Positions 36,471 to 48,927 of a stretch of 48,927 nucleotides of DNA are shown piece by piece. The position numbers were made by a program, and so were the translations under genes. Each line of letters begins with the position of its first letter. Positions within the stretch are counted from its first letter, which is position 1. The stretch is from Hyphochytrium catenoides (Eukaryota > Protista > Hyphochytriomycota). The stretch spans positions 1 to 48,927 of the forward strand of contig FLMG01001811.1 in assembly GCA_900088475.1 (NCBI GenBank), given 5' to 3'. Under the pieces are notes generated by a model. That model saw nothing but the letters and a program-made list of their open reading frames with translations. It had not been told where the DNA came from and searched no databases.

Positions 36471-38533
36471 GGATAATAATGCGAGAGAGAAATAATTTCT
36501 CTGAATCTCCTCTTGAACATCAACAACAGGAGGAGTTAGTTAGACGAGGAGCCGGGGCGGTCGTGGGTTGAGGAGAAGAAGAAGGAGGAAATCAAAGAAA
36601 GGAAGAAGAAAAAGGATTCGGAGAAGAGTGAGAGCAGCAAGAAAGGGCGCGGCGCAGAACGAAAGGGCCAACAATCATTCCGGCCGCCTCTTCGTGCAGA
36701 GCCAGCAGGGACACTACTGTACTTGCCTGTTCGAAGAGTCCAGAGCTTGGTAGCTCTCGTCTCATTTCTTCTTCTTTTCTCTTCTTCTTCTTCTCCTTCT
36801 CCTACTTCTTCTTCTCCTTCCCCTTCTTCTTCTTCCTTTTTCTTCTTCTTCTTCATTCACTTTCTCGGATAATAATGATAAAAGAGGTAATAAACTTTAA
36901 TTAAAGAAAGGCCAATCTTTTAGCAAAGAAAAGATAACGACAGGGATCTACTTACTTATCGCCTTTATTATAATCAATTAAGTAAGAAGAGTAAAAAATA
37001 ATCTATACTTCGTTCTTCCTCCTTGTCCTTTCTCCGGTGGTAGGGTAGGGCTCAGACTTTATTGGTCCTTTTATTAGACTTTTAGCAGTACGCACTAGAA
37101 AAGAAGAAGGGAGAAGCAAGAAGAGAAAGAAAGATTTGAGACGATGAGAGAAGAAAGAACAGAGAAGAAAGAAGAGAAGAAAGACAAGAACAAAGAAGAG
37201 AGAAGCAAGAACACGGAAGAGAGAAGCAAGAAGAAAGAAGAGAAGAAAGAAGAACAAGAAGAGAGAAGAGGAGAAAGAAGAACGAAAAAGAGAGAAAAGA
37301 GAAGAAGGAAGAGAGAAGAAGGAAGCGAGAACCAATAAGAGAGGAAGTAAGAAGAGAGAAGAAAGCGAAAGTTGAGAGACGAAAGAAGAGAGAAGGAAGA
37401 TGAAAGAACGGAGAAGAAAAAAAAGGAGAAGAAAAAAAAAGAAAAAGGAAGAGAGAAGAAAGATGAAAGACGCAACAAGAAGGACAGGAGAAGAAAGAAG
37501 AGAGGAAGACGAAGGAACAAGAAGACAAAGAGAAAAAGAAGAGGCAGGTGATAGACTTGGACTCCTCTCTCTCTTTCTCTCTTCTCTTTGGCCGAAGCTT
37601 TACGGCTAGACAACCGTTGGCCACCAGGCCCGCCAGCGCAGGAAACTCTTCTGAATATCTCCTTGAAGCAAAGAGATGGCCGGCGACATGGGTGCAGCAT
37701 TAAGCTCTTTCTTTCAGTTTCCACTGATGATGACCTCCATATTCTGGCCTTTCTCTCTTCTATCATGGCTTTTTTTCTCCCGCTTTCTCTGCGCTACGAG
37801 CTAGGGAAGTAAAAGAACAGAGAGAGAGAGAGAGAGAGACAGACAGAGATGAAGAAAACACGTGGTTGTTCGCTCTCGAGGTCTCTTCTCTCTTATTATT
37901 CCTCTTATGTGGCACTCTGATAGAGGAGCCTGAAGGAGGTAGTAGGTGGCTTCACTCTTCCTCTTCTATAAAGATGGATCACGTCTGCGAGGCAGTGTTT
38001 CTGTCCCTCTTTCTCTCTTCTTTCTTCTGGTGTCGCATTCATTATTCTCTCTCGCCCTCTCTTTCTCCTCTTCTATGAGTCTCTTCTTTCCTGTTTCTTC
38101 TCATGCAAAGAAAAAAAGAAGAACGTCGCTTCGCGATAATAGGCCGTGCACTCCCGCTGCTCTTCTGGAGCTCCACGTGAGAAATGAAGAAGGATGTGGT
38201 GGCGGCGGTGAGAGAGAAGAAGAAGAGAGAGTCGCATATAAACAAAGAAGAAGAGAAACAGCGAGAGTTCGCCCGAGGGCAGGACTGACATCATCACCAC
38301 GGTCCTTGCTTCTTCATCTCTCTTCCCGCCTGAAAATTCTCTCTTGAACAGCACCGCAAGAGGAGGAAAAGACAAGGACTGAGCTGGTGGCCCAAAGGAG
38401 ACCACATCATGAGGGAGAGGAGAGAAGAAAGATAAAAAAGAGAGAGAGCAGTGACAGAAAGAGAGAGAAGAGAGAGCAGAGAGAGAGACAGAGAAAGAGG
38501 AGAGACAGTGAGAGAGAGGGAGAGAGACAGAGA

Positions 38534-38565
<32 letters not shown>

Positions 38566-38773
38566 GAGAGAGAGAGAGAAGGATTGAATGGGCATCACTG
38601 ACTGCTAGCAGACTTGCATACTCTTTGCCCTGCAAGATCGCTCTTTCTCTGTCATCACCATTTCTGCACCTTTCCGGCCACTTTTTGCTCGTCTCAAAAA
38701 AAGGGAAGACCAGGGATTTTTATATACGCGGACACCAGCTGAGAAGCATTATTTCGGGGCCCCGCCGCCTATG

Positions 38774-38805
<32 letters not shown>

Positions 38806-38836
38806 AAAGAGAGAGAGAGAGAGAAGAGAGAGAGAT

Positions 38837-38867
<31 letters not shown>

Positions 38868-39539
38868 AAAGACAGAGAGAGAGAGAAAAGGAAGAAAGGA
38901 AAGGAAAGACAATAATGGCGCCCGTCGCAGTAGCTGTCGAAAGAAGAAAAAAGAAGAGAAGAGCCTTGCCACAGGACCCGTCACAAACGAGAGGAAAACA
39001 CGACGAAAAAGCAAGGAAAGAGAGAGGACGTGGACGAGGAAGGAGAGAGAGCACTATCATCGTAAAACTACTGCTGCTATAAGAAAGTAAAGAGAAGAAG
39101 ACAACGTGCACGTCTACCAGCTGTCCTAACGCCCAGTAGAATAGCTTTTCGCTATTTTTTTCCCCTTTCCTTGCCTCTCTTTTTCTTCTGTGATTGAGAG
39201 CCAACCATTGAGCAGGTCCATCCTCGGACTTGGCAGTAGGTCATCAAACAGAGCTGATGATGGGAAGAAAGAGAGAATAATATCGTCTCAGACATAGCAG
39301 TTGCTTGGAACGAAGAAGAATCGGGGCGGCGGCTGGCGTTTATTGACGTTGTTAAATCTTCTCTCTCTCTCTTCTCTCTCTCTCTTCTCTCTCTCTCTCT
39401 CTCTTTTTTTCCCTCTCCCTCTCTCCCTCTCTACACACCTGTCCTATACCAAGCACTGCGTCTTATCTCTTTTTACTCTTTTTCTCTCTCTGTCTGTCGA
39501 TCTTCATGCTGTAGTGCAACTTGCGCCTCCTATCAACCA

Positions 39540-39584
<45 letters not shown>

Positions 39585-41059
39585 TCTCTCCACCCTCTCT
39601 CTCTCTTCCTATCAATCCACCGGCTTGCACATCATTTTCATCGCTCTTCTTCAAAGAAGACTATCTCTCTCTTCAAGCGTGGTGGCCATGGGGCAGCCCA
39701 GCTGTAGGTGCGGGTAACAAAGCTGATGAAGAAAGAAGTACTACCAACAGGGCGCATGGAGCTGGCCAATGATAGAGAAAAGACCGAAGAAGATATAACG
39801 ACGTGAAGATGGAGACGATGAGGTTATAGATCTCAAAAAGATTGGCATAGATGTTGAGGAAGGAAAAGAGCGACAAACAAGTAGAACCCCTTGGCAAACA
39901 GAGAGAGTAAGAGATGCCATCTATGTAGAGAGAGACAGAAGAGAGAAAGAGAGAAAAGAGCGAGAGGGAAGAGTGAGAGGAGAAAGAAGAGCGAGAGAGA
40001 GAGAGACAGCCAGAGAAGAAAGAGAGAGAGAGAAGAGAGAAATGATCAAGGAGGGCTGGATCATTTAGATCTTCTAAAGGACGTACAAATCTTTCGAGCT
40101 GGTCCAACCTCAGAAGGAGAAAGACCGCACACCAATGAACTTCCGACGGTAAGACTAGGCGACTCTTTCTTGACTCTTTCCTTCTACGAGTCGTCTTTCT
40201 CTCGTTCTCCACCACCAGCAGGTGCCAGTGATATAAGCGGCTGGACCAAAGGGAAGAGAGAAAGAGAGAAAACAGCGAGAGGGAAGAACAGCAACGACGA
40301 GACAGACGTACGGGAGAGAGAGAGAGGAGTGGGGAAGAGACAAGAAAGAAAAGAGAAGAAGACAGAGATCTCCCAAGCAACTCTAGGGCGGACGATAACC
40401 ATGATCATTGTATCACTAGCATTTCAGTGGACTGTCCGTTGGTGCTGATACCACTTTCAGCGCAGTCATTTTTATTAGGCCTCCTCCTCTTTCTAACCGC
40501 CGATGACTGAGTCGTCTCGCCTGGATAGTGACGAGAAGAGAGGGAAGAAAGGTTGGGAGAAGGGCGCCAGCAGCCAGTGGTCGCTTATAAGAGACTCAGC
40601 GAAGAGAGGAAGGTAGCGAAGAACCGGGAAGAAACTGCGAAGCAGGGCGGACAAACGGAGAAATCCTCTGACCATCGCACTCACGTGGTGTGCAATAGTG
40701 AGCCACATTCTCCTCCTGATTGATCACCGAAAAAATCCTGTTGAAGATAAGCAGAGAGAGACGAGCACGCGGGTGGAGAGAGAGAGAGAGAGACAGCGAG
40801 AGAGAGAGAAAGAGGGATACTGGAAGAACTAGCAGAAAAGAGAGAGGAGAGCATTCAAGATGTAAGAGGAAAGTACACGAAGAGTGGGACTGGATGGCGC
40901 TACTCGCGCTGCGGCCCTTCTTCTTTCCTTAGACTTGTCATCAGCGTCCAGCTCTGATGACCCTTCGCGACTACAGATGGCGACTAGCGGGCGGACAAGC
41001 AGCAACGGAAGTTAGGGCACGGGTCTTTCTTGTGGTAGAGGAGAGAAAGAGAGAGAGAA

Positions 41060-41104
<45 letters not shown>

Positions 41105-44020
41105 ATTTGGAAGAAAGGGAGGAAGAGGCATTTCTATCATGTTCTGTCTCTCTCTTTCTTTCTCTCTCTGACATTCTCTCTGCTGACATCATCATCAACC
41201 CCTTTTCTCCCTTCTCGTTCCTCCCTCTGCTCTAAGCCGTTATACTCTGGGCCCCCTGCCCAATCCCAACGCTTCCTTAATTCTCAATTTATTTATATAA
41301 TGCCTAGAGTTGATAAAGCTATTGACTTTGTGAAAAATTAGAAACCCAAACCAACTTTAACAGAGAGTGCGTAAAAGGTAAGGCAAAAGAGGGCTTTTAG
41401 GTACTGTTCATAAAATATAAAGTACAGCTATATACAATCTGATAATCTAGGTGCTGTTCAGTCACTGTGAGCTTGGGGATAAAGGAAGGAAATGGTTTCT
41501 CTCATGTCGGCCATTACATCTGCCAGAAAGCTTGGGATTGTTGTTGGTTGGTCGTCATACCTCAAGATCACTCCTGATCCGGCTCCCACTGGCTACAGAG
41601 CTACGGAGAAACTTCTGCTACATTGTACTCGTAGTAGGAGGAGTGTAGATCATCAACTCTGGGATGCTACTTTCCTACTGGGTTGTCGACCACAATCGAG
41701 GATGAAAGAAAGATCCACAACTAAGAAGTAGATCCTCTTTGAGACTTTTTGGGAAGGAGCGTACACACATTTCACAGTGCAACAACACAAGCAAAGTAGC
41801 AAGAGACTGTTATGGGTCTTGACCCTCTACATACATATCCACCCCTTACTGCCTAGTAAGATTGTCACGTTCCTATCAGACAAAGAGAATGGACAAGACA
41901 TTTGAAGGCTCCCAGGAGCTGATGGGATTTCAAAATCTTTGTATTAGTAGAACTAGAGAGGGGCAATGGCTGGCCCCTGATGGCGACGAGAGGTCACTCA
42001 TCAGTTTTATTATTGATGGTTGTGACAACGCTAACCCTGTCAGCAGACCAAAGCCGCTACATAAGACATAAGAAAGATACACAGACAGGCCTAAAGGCTC
42101 GACATCTCTCCATCATCTAGCACTGCATTCCCTAAACAAAGCGTTAGGACGCACACAACCACGTGTCCAGGAGGTGTGACATCAGCTGAGTCCTTCGTCT
42201 AAGCCTCCCTTCTCCACATCCACCTAAGGACAGAAGTGTCTGTTCCAGTGCAGCTGAAGGCGACTATTGCTGAATTCAAAGATGCCCCCAACCAAGAATC
42301 AAAGAAGAAGGCCGTCGAATCGCAAGGAATCACATCGACAAACGGGCAATAATAGTAGAGAAAGAGAGCCAGTGACATATGTCGAAGAACAGCGAAGCAC
42401 TGAGTCAACCTTAGGTGGTGGCGAACAATAGAAAAAGGAGAAGCAGGAAGGTAAGTAAGGTTGGACATCCCCGGAGTTGAAGCCGCTTGCCCGTTCATCA
42501 TCATCGGACCTTTCTTTCCCAAGAAATTACCTTTCCTTTCTTAGGCATCTTCGATCCTGAGACAAAGAGCGGACGGAAACTCCGAAAGGCTGCTGCCCTC
42601 TTTGTGGATTGATTCGAAGGTTATACTTTGAAGTCCGGTGTCTAGTCTTTGCGCCGAAGCTGGGATGTGGAGCTCCATTTTCTCGGAGTAGTCTTTGTAA
42701 CCTACTCATAGATGTTAAGGCCAAGCTGGCTTAAGTTTGGACGGTCATAAATTTCCGCTGAAAGATAACGCTCGGAAACCTATCTGGTCGAGCGAGCTGA
42801 TGCTTACAGTTAGAGTTTGGACAGCGAAATCTGTCTTGTTTTCTTTTCCAAATCTATTTAGAGGAAGCTTTCGTGGTTTGGGGATATCAGGTTGGGTCAG
42901 GCCACCAGCTCACTTCCTGTTGCCTCTCTTGTGCTGCCTCCATTATCCTGCCTGCCAAACCTCTGTGATACAGCTGGCCACAGCCCACCCATCCTCCTAT
43001 CACCAGCAGTATATCTATGAGTCTAAAGCCCACCCATCCGATCTTACGTCTCACGCTTAGGCAAGCCTCTTCCACAACATCAGCACGGAGCTTCCTACAT
43101 GACCCAAACAAATAAAAATCCATTGCCACCTCGTAAGCTATAGTTAATATTCCACTCTTCCTAAACACACACTCTTCTGTCTGTCCAGTTCCCACCCAAC
43201 CCCTGGTCTCTCTGAGTGTTTGTGTAATGGCCATTTTCATGGAGGTTGCGCATTGGGCAGACAACTGATTTCGCCATCGTATCAATAGTCATGATGGATC
43301 CCGTAAGCCATACATTTACCCCTTCCCCACCCACCCCTTCGAGCATTACAACACCATTACAAACACTTCATGAATCCCCCTCACAGACGGTCCCCCCCAA
43401 AAGCCTCCAGCTGGTGTTCCTCCTAGATTACCTAAAGGAACTTTCGCCTCGTCAGCCCCTGTAGTTACGTTAGGGGTTGTGTTTAGGGAAGTAAAAGACA
43501 GAAGGAAACCCCTGTTCCCTACTTTCCATCTGATTCGATTTTGGTAAAAAGTCGCAATTTCGTAATTTGTTACCAATCAAATGAGAACGCAGCCGAATTT
43601 CAAAGGAACGAAAATGAATCAATTTCGCGGCGGAATTGCCCAGAATGGCATTCTATAGGCAATTTCTTAGGGATTCTCCCTCTCCTCCTCTCCAGCTCTC
43701 TGTGCTTACCGTGTTTCTCAATAGTTTTCATAAGGAACGAAAAGTTTTCAGTCTCCAGGTCATTGTTGAATTTCCCAAGGACCGCTAATATCAGCGCTTC
43801 AGCTCTTTCATCTCTCCAACTCTATCAGAGTCGTACCTGTTATCCCTTCTGGTTGCTTGCTCATCAATAGAACCAGCTCGGTGTTTGAGCAAGGAAGAGC
43901 TGATACCTCCTTGTTCGTTAACACTACACGGTTGCATTTCCCCAGACGTATGCTCAAACGGCAGAGTCTCGTACTTTGCCTATCAAGAAAAAAAGTGAAA
44001 AATCTCTGTTAGAGAAGACA

Positions 44021-44920
44021 ATGCAGGTTGCCTATTCTGCCTTTCAACACACCGCTCCACATCTACTTCCCGGCTTTGGTAAATGCACTCCCTCACCTCT
44101 TCCATCGCCGATCAACACCAAGCTTTCTTCTCCTAATGGTTACCGATCCAGGAGAACTACCTCTCCTTACCTACAGAGCAGAATCACCAAGGATGGAGTG
44201 ATCAAGAAGAAATACGTGTACCCCAAAAAGATGTGCACAGTCCCGGGGTGCAACACTCCCAGAAAGAGTAAGGGGCTATGCAAAAAGCACGGAGGTGCTA
44301 AGCAATGCGACATCCCAGGGTGCACTAAGAACGCAAAGAGCGGAGGAAAGTGCATTCATCATGGTGGAGGACTGTGTGTGGTTGACGGATGCAAGTCTGG
44401 AGCAAGGAAGAATAGAATGTGCTACATTCACAATCAGGAGCGTATCCAAAAGGGATTGGTGAGCCACATGGAAAAGGACGAGGACAGGATGAAGGATGAA
44501 GATGAAGACCAAAGCAGCCAGCATCAAGATGAAACGGAGGGGACAGCGTCAATCGGGGGTCTAAGCAGTGAGGAAGAAGAGATTGTAGCGACATTCGACA
44601 TTGAAGCCTTTGAGCCACTACCTTTTACTCCTGGAACTTCTGAGATCTATCTGTCTCCCTATCTCCTCTCAGCGGAGGAACTGCAGGCGCTACTGCAGAG
44701 CATACCGGACAACGGCGACGAGCATCTTTCATCTTCGACCATTAAGATAGAGGTCGAGAAGAAGAAAACGTTGACCTCCGCAGCACCTGCTGCCCTTAAG
44801 GAAAAGACGCTCTTCTGCTCTAACAAATGTCCAAATGTAACCGGACAGCAGCAGAATGCCAACAACAAAGAGGATGATCTATTGATCAAGTCCGAGCCAG
44901 CAGTGATGCTTCTGCTCTAA
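44021..44920 (+). CDS. Protein with three CxxxGCx9CxxH(GG) zinc-finger-like repeats (WRKY19-like repeat family common in oomycetes) and an acidic tail
   Basis: Intronless ORF (ATG 44021) containing CTVPGC..GLCKKHGG, CDIPGC..GKCIHHGG and CVVDGC..RMCYIH. Confidence 0.85.
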   Translation: MQVAYSAFQHTAPHLLPGFGKCTPSPLPSPINTKLSSPNGYRSRRTTSPYLQSRITKDGVIKKKYVYPKKMCTVPGCNTPRKSKGLCKKHGGAKQCDIPGCTKNAKSGGKCIHHGGGLCVVDGCKSGARKNRMCYIHNQERIQKGLVSHMEKDEDRMKDEDEDQSSQHQDETEGTASIGGLSSEEEEIVATFDIEAFEPLPFTPGTSEIYLSPYLLSAEELQALLQSIPDNGDEHLSSSTIKIEVEKKKTLTSAAPAALKEKTLFCSNKCPNVTGQQQNANNKEDDLLIKSEPAVMLLL

Positions 44921-46401
44921 GACGGGCCATCTGCATCGAAAAAGGTTTCCCAAGAGGAAGAGAGAGAAATTCTCCCTTTACGCAATCTCCTTTCTCTTAC
45001 ATTGCTCCGACAAATCTCTGTCTCCTTCCGTCATCATGTGAAGGAGGAGGGCAGAGTTCCCTGCTCTTGTAGATGTGTGCTGTACATACGTTCTTGGCTA
45101 GCTCCTTATTACCTGCCTTGGTAGAGCAATAGAGTTATTTATATGAAGCCAAGGGCATCAATGTGTCCATAGATATTAAATGTCCATATCTCACTACTTT
45201 CATTGACGGGCTGTCTTTATGTCTTCTGCCAATCTGTCTCGCTCTTCTTTCGCGCTGTCTCAGCTCTGTCCTCCCTGCTCTCATTTGTCCTTGGCCTCCC
45301 TGTCTCTCTGTCTGTTTCTCCCTGTCTCTCTCTCCTCATATCTTATCTCTCCTCTTTTCTTTCACTCTTCTCTGTCTCTCTCTCTCGGCCTCCTGCCATC
45401 ATCTCCAACTCTCTACCTCCCTCTTCCTCTCTGCCTCTCTCTCTGCTTATCTCTCTTTTACAGTCTTTCTTCAGTTCCTCTCTCTCTCATACTATTACCC
45501 GTCTTTTCTCTCCCCGTCTCTCTCTCTTTCTCTTTCTCTCCTTCTCTGTCTCTCTCTCTTCTTCTTTCTCTTTCTCTCTGTTTCTCTCTGTTTTTCTCTC
45601 TCTCTTCTCGGTTTCTCTTTCTCTCTCCCCCTCTCTATACCTCTCCTGTCTCTCTCTCTCTCTCTCTTGTGCTTAAAACTTAGTTCTTTGGTTAGAGGCA
45701 GAGGTCGTCGATGCTCGACATGCAGTCTACGATCGTACGCTCTCCCTTTCTCTCTCTTGCAACCCAAATGGGTCATCCCAGTCTTCTCTGTCTTTTGGCA
45801 TAACCATATCTCCTGGCTGTCTCTTCGGTGAATTTCTTAGCTTTCCCGCTCTCTTCGCGTGACTCCTCTTTCTTCCAACAATTGTTCTTCTTTCTCTTTC
45901 CTCTCTTCTTTCTATTTTCCCCCTTTCCTTGTGTCCCCTCTCTCTCTCTCTCTCTCCACCGTCAGCGTTGCTCTTTCTCTCTCTCTTTCCTCGGCAGTGT
46001 TTTCTGTCTGTACATCATTGTCATGAGCGATGTTTCTTCCCCGTAGATTATCCTGATGATTTAGCTACTTCTTTGTTCTGCACCTTTCCCATTGGTCTGA
46101 CAGAGAGAAAGAAGAGAACCATCATCTTTTGTTTGAAGATATCTCTCTCTCTCCTCTCTCTCTTTGTGAAAGGTACTTGCAACGCTAAACATGGGCTGGG
46201 GATCTATATAAAAGTGCAAATAGATAGAGAGTCTCTCTTACATCTCTTTACTATGCTAACTGAGAAGAACAGCAACGAAGAGAAAGAGAAGGAGAGAGAG
46301 AAGGTATTAAGAGAGTCAAAAGGGGAGAGAACATCAACTCTCTCTCTCTCTTCTCTCACCGTCCTTTTTCAAAAAGCAAACGGACTGAAGAGCAGCATGA
46401 A

Positions 46402-48535
46402 TTAAGCCAGCATGCGGCACAACAGAGCCGTGACACTGGTGAGAAAGAGAGAGAGAGAGACACTGACTTGAGAAACGGAAGAAGAAGACACAGGCGATGA
46501 CTTATCAGACTGGACAATAAGGCGATTGGTCCTTGCGTTTGCCCGCGCTTCCTCCGCTGTCTTGGCCATCAGAGCCTCTGCTTCTCTCACTTCTGTCTCA
46601 TTCAGTCCCATCCGCTGGATAAACGCAAGAGGAAGAGGCGCAACGTCTCCCAGTGTCTCTTCGTCTTCCGCTGCCCGGGCGGAGAAGCTCCGTGCAGGCT
46701 CTTCGTAGGTGTAACAGTAGCTATCTTCTGCAGACACTGTCTCTCGGATGCGCTTGTTAAATGGCTGGAGAACCGTATCTAGTGTCACTTTGTTCCACCA
46801 GCTTCCTCCGTCGATTTTATTTCCTGCTCCAGCCTTCTGCCAACGGAACCAAAGCCTGTCCATCTGCGTGTGATGGAGGAAGAACACAGGGTCACAGGGG
46901 CTTCTCCCCGTCGATAGATGGCCATCATTTCCTCCTACATCGTTGTGCACCGTGTTATGGATGGTCAGCTCTAAGTTCTTCGTGAAGTCAGTCAAAGAGA
47001 CGCCCGTACGAGAGACAGTCAGGTCAATGGTACCGCGAGTGTACCAGTTAGACGCCCGTTGGGGGCTTCTTCGGAGGCATTCTCTCCTTCCGCGCCAGTC
47101 GGTAGCTACAGGGAGACATTGTCCATTCTCCAGACGAAGATACTCTGTGGAAGAGATCAGAGGAGAAGAGAGAGGATTGCCCGCGTCAAGAGTCCAGTCC
47201 CAGTATGGGAGAGAGACGGATGGGTTGACTCTCTGGATCTCTCTCTCGAAGCGTGCAATGAACTCTCTGTGCCAGGGAAAGAACAGTGAGTTCCCGTGGG
47301 CGACGTTCATGTTATTCCCATGTTGATCGCAGAACTGAGTGATCGTCCCGTCTTGATGCAAAGCGTAAACAGCCGCCTTGTACGCGGCCCATTCTTCGTT
47401 GGAAAGGTCTCTGAACTCTTTTCTGANNNNNNNNNNNNNCGGGTGTCGGAGCTGGAGTGGGCGCAGGAGTAGGAGCTGGCGTTGGCTCAGGAGTAGGAGC
47501 TGGCGTTGGCTCAGGAGTAGGAGCTGGAGTAGGCGCAGGAGTAGGAGCTGGCGTTGGCTCAGGAGTAGGAGCTGGAGTAGGCTCAGGCGTTGGAACAGAG
47601 GTAGGAGTTGGAGTCGGCGCCGGGGTTGGAGAAGGAGTTGGTGCTGGCGTTGGGACTGGAGTAGGCTCAGGTGTAGGGACTGGCGTGGGCGGCGCAGGAG
47701 TTGGAGAGACTGTGGGAGGAGATGGCGTAGGAGCGACAGTCGGGGCAGGAGTAGGGAGAGGGCTAGGCGCTGGAGTGGGAGCAGAGGTCCTGCAGACAGC
47801 TCCTCTCACGCCTGCAGCGTGGACTGGCCTTGCACTTCCACTTTTAAACCAGCAGGTCCCGCCATTGTAATCATTCCAGGCGAATGACGTGCATTGCGGC
47901 ATATAAAGACAGAGTTCAGAGCAACCTTCGGCCACCGCCACCACCGCAATACTGCCAATATCTTGAGCCACAATGTCTGTCTCTTCCTCTATTTGGCAGG
48001 CAGAAGGAAGGACAAAGCTTGCCACGCCTCTCTTCTCCACGAGAGAGGAGTAAGCGTTCTTCAGATAGCATGTTCCCTCGAAGAAAGAGGCGCCTAGGCA
48101 GCCCTGACGGCTCCAGCAGAGAGAGACACAATGGGACGGAGAGGACGAGGGAAGAGCGGCCATATCGGATCGAGAGATATCAGTATCCGTGTAAATGATA
48201 GAGCTCGAGCGAGACAGAGAGGAAGAGACAACGCCTGACACTGTCTTTCTCTCTATCTTTTCAGGGAGGAGAGACTTCAACCAGCAAGTTCCCCCGTTGA
48301 AGTCCGTCCAGGAGTACGCGCTGCAGCCGCTTGTCTGTGCACAATGTCCGCAGCAGTTCTCGGGAGAGAGAGAGAAGACATTTCCTATGTCTCCTCCTAC
48401 ATAGTCAGTGTCTCTCTCTTGGACTTTGCACACCGCTGGGCCTGTCTCTCTCCCTGCTGCGTCCGCTACTGCGGACAAGTATGGCAGAACTAGGGCCAGG
48501 GCGAGACAAGAGAGAGACAAAGTGTTGCCTCCCAT
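46402..48535 (-). CDS. Secreted 3x PAN/Apple (CBEL-like) - PT linker - tyrosinase fusion with GPI-like hydrophobic C-terminus
   Basis: Signal peptide, then three Apple domains (e.g. [27 protein letters not shown]) and (PTPA/PTPE)n. After the N gap at 47427-47439 the frame continues [25 protein letters not shown] (CuA), [21 protein letters not shown] (CuB). The apparent frame break coincides with the gap. Confidence 0.9.
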
Positions 48536-48891
48536 CTTTTATCTTCTCTTTTGTTCGTCTTAATACCTTTATATGGTCTATGATGCTTTGGAAAAAGACG
48601 AAGAGAGAGAGAGAGAGACACACACTGAGAGAGAGAAATTGTGATAGATCTATGTGCTCAAAAGAAGGTCAATTAGCTTATGAGGCGCCCTACATTCGGG
48701 TCGCGCGAGTACTGAGCGGAGAGATGACTGCATCTTCTCTTTCGAAGAAGGAGAATGACCATCAAGGAGCCACAATATCGACATGTCCATGCTCTTTTCG
48801 TTGTCCCTTTCCAATTCTTTCTACTCTCTCTCCTCTCGCTCGCCCTCTCTCGCTCGCCCTCTGTCATTTTCTCTCTACGGCCCCCCTTCTT

Positions 48892-48927
<36 letters not shown>

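Noticed and set aside
47378-47887. Plus-strand GAGVG / RSRSW repeat ORFs
   Set aside because: Antisense shadow of the PT linker of the Apple-tyrosinase gene.
1-48927. Hundreds of ORFs rich in SLSLSL or ERERER
   Set aside because: They are translations of (CT)n/(GA)n tracts, which lack stop codons.

Overview
Eukaryotic genomic DNA saturated with (GA)n/(CT)n microsatellites, with several N gaps. Most ORFs in the supplied track are microsatellite artefacts (SL/RE dipeptide runs). Gene content (CBEL-type PAN/Apple domains, tyrosinase with a PT linker, CxxxGC..CxxHGG repeats, a DGTxD..DDGD Tudor-like module) suggests a stramenopile, probably oomycete/hyphochytrid-like; this is inference. Eight protein genes can be supported, with spliced models built by hand: a small secreted PT-rich protein, a CREST-superfamily membrane protein, a PB1-like/low-complexity protein, a ~22-exon MORN-repeat protein, a Frag1/DRAM/Sfk1 protein, a TM-TPR protein with an inserted Tudor-like domain, a Cys/His-repeat protein, and a 3xApple-PT-tyrosinase with a GPI-like tail. 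The region 33.8-37 kb holds CRE-like non-LTR retrotransposon relics and a cluster of inverted duplications. The region 4-7.7 kb holds diverged tandem duplications and hairpins. No rRNA, tRNA or CRISPR was seen. The best leads are the Apple-tyrosinase surface oxidase, the Tudor-in-TPR protein, apparently frequent non-GT splice donors, the fold-back cluster, and a recurrent intergenic CTGAAGATT motif. I cannot demonstrate from the sequence alone that any of these is a new system.
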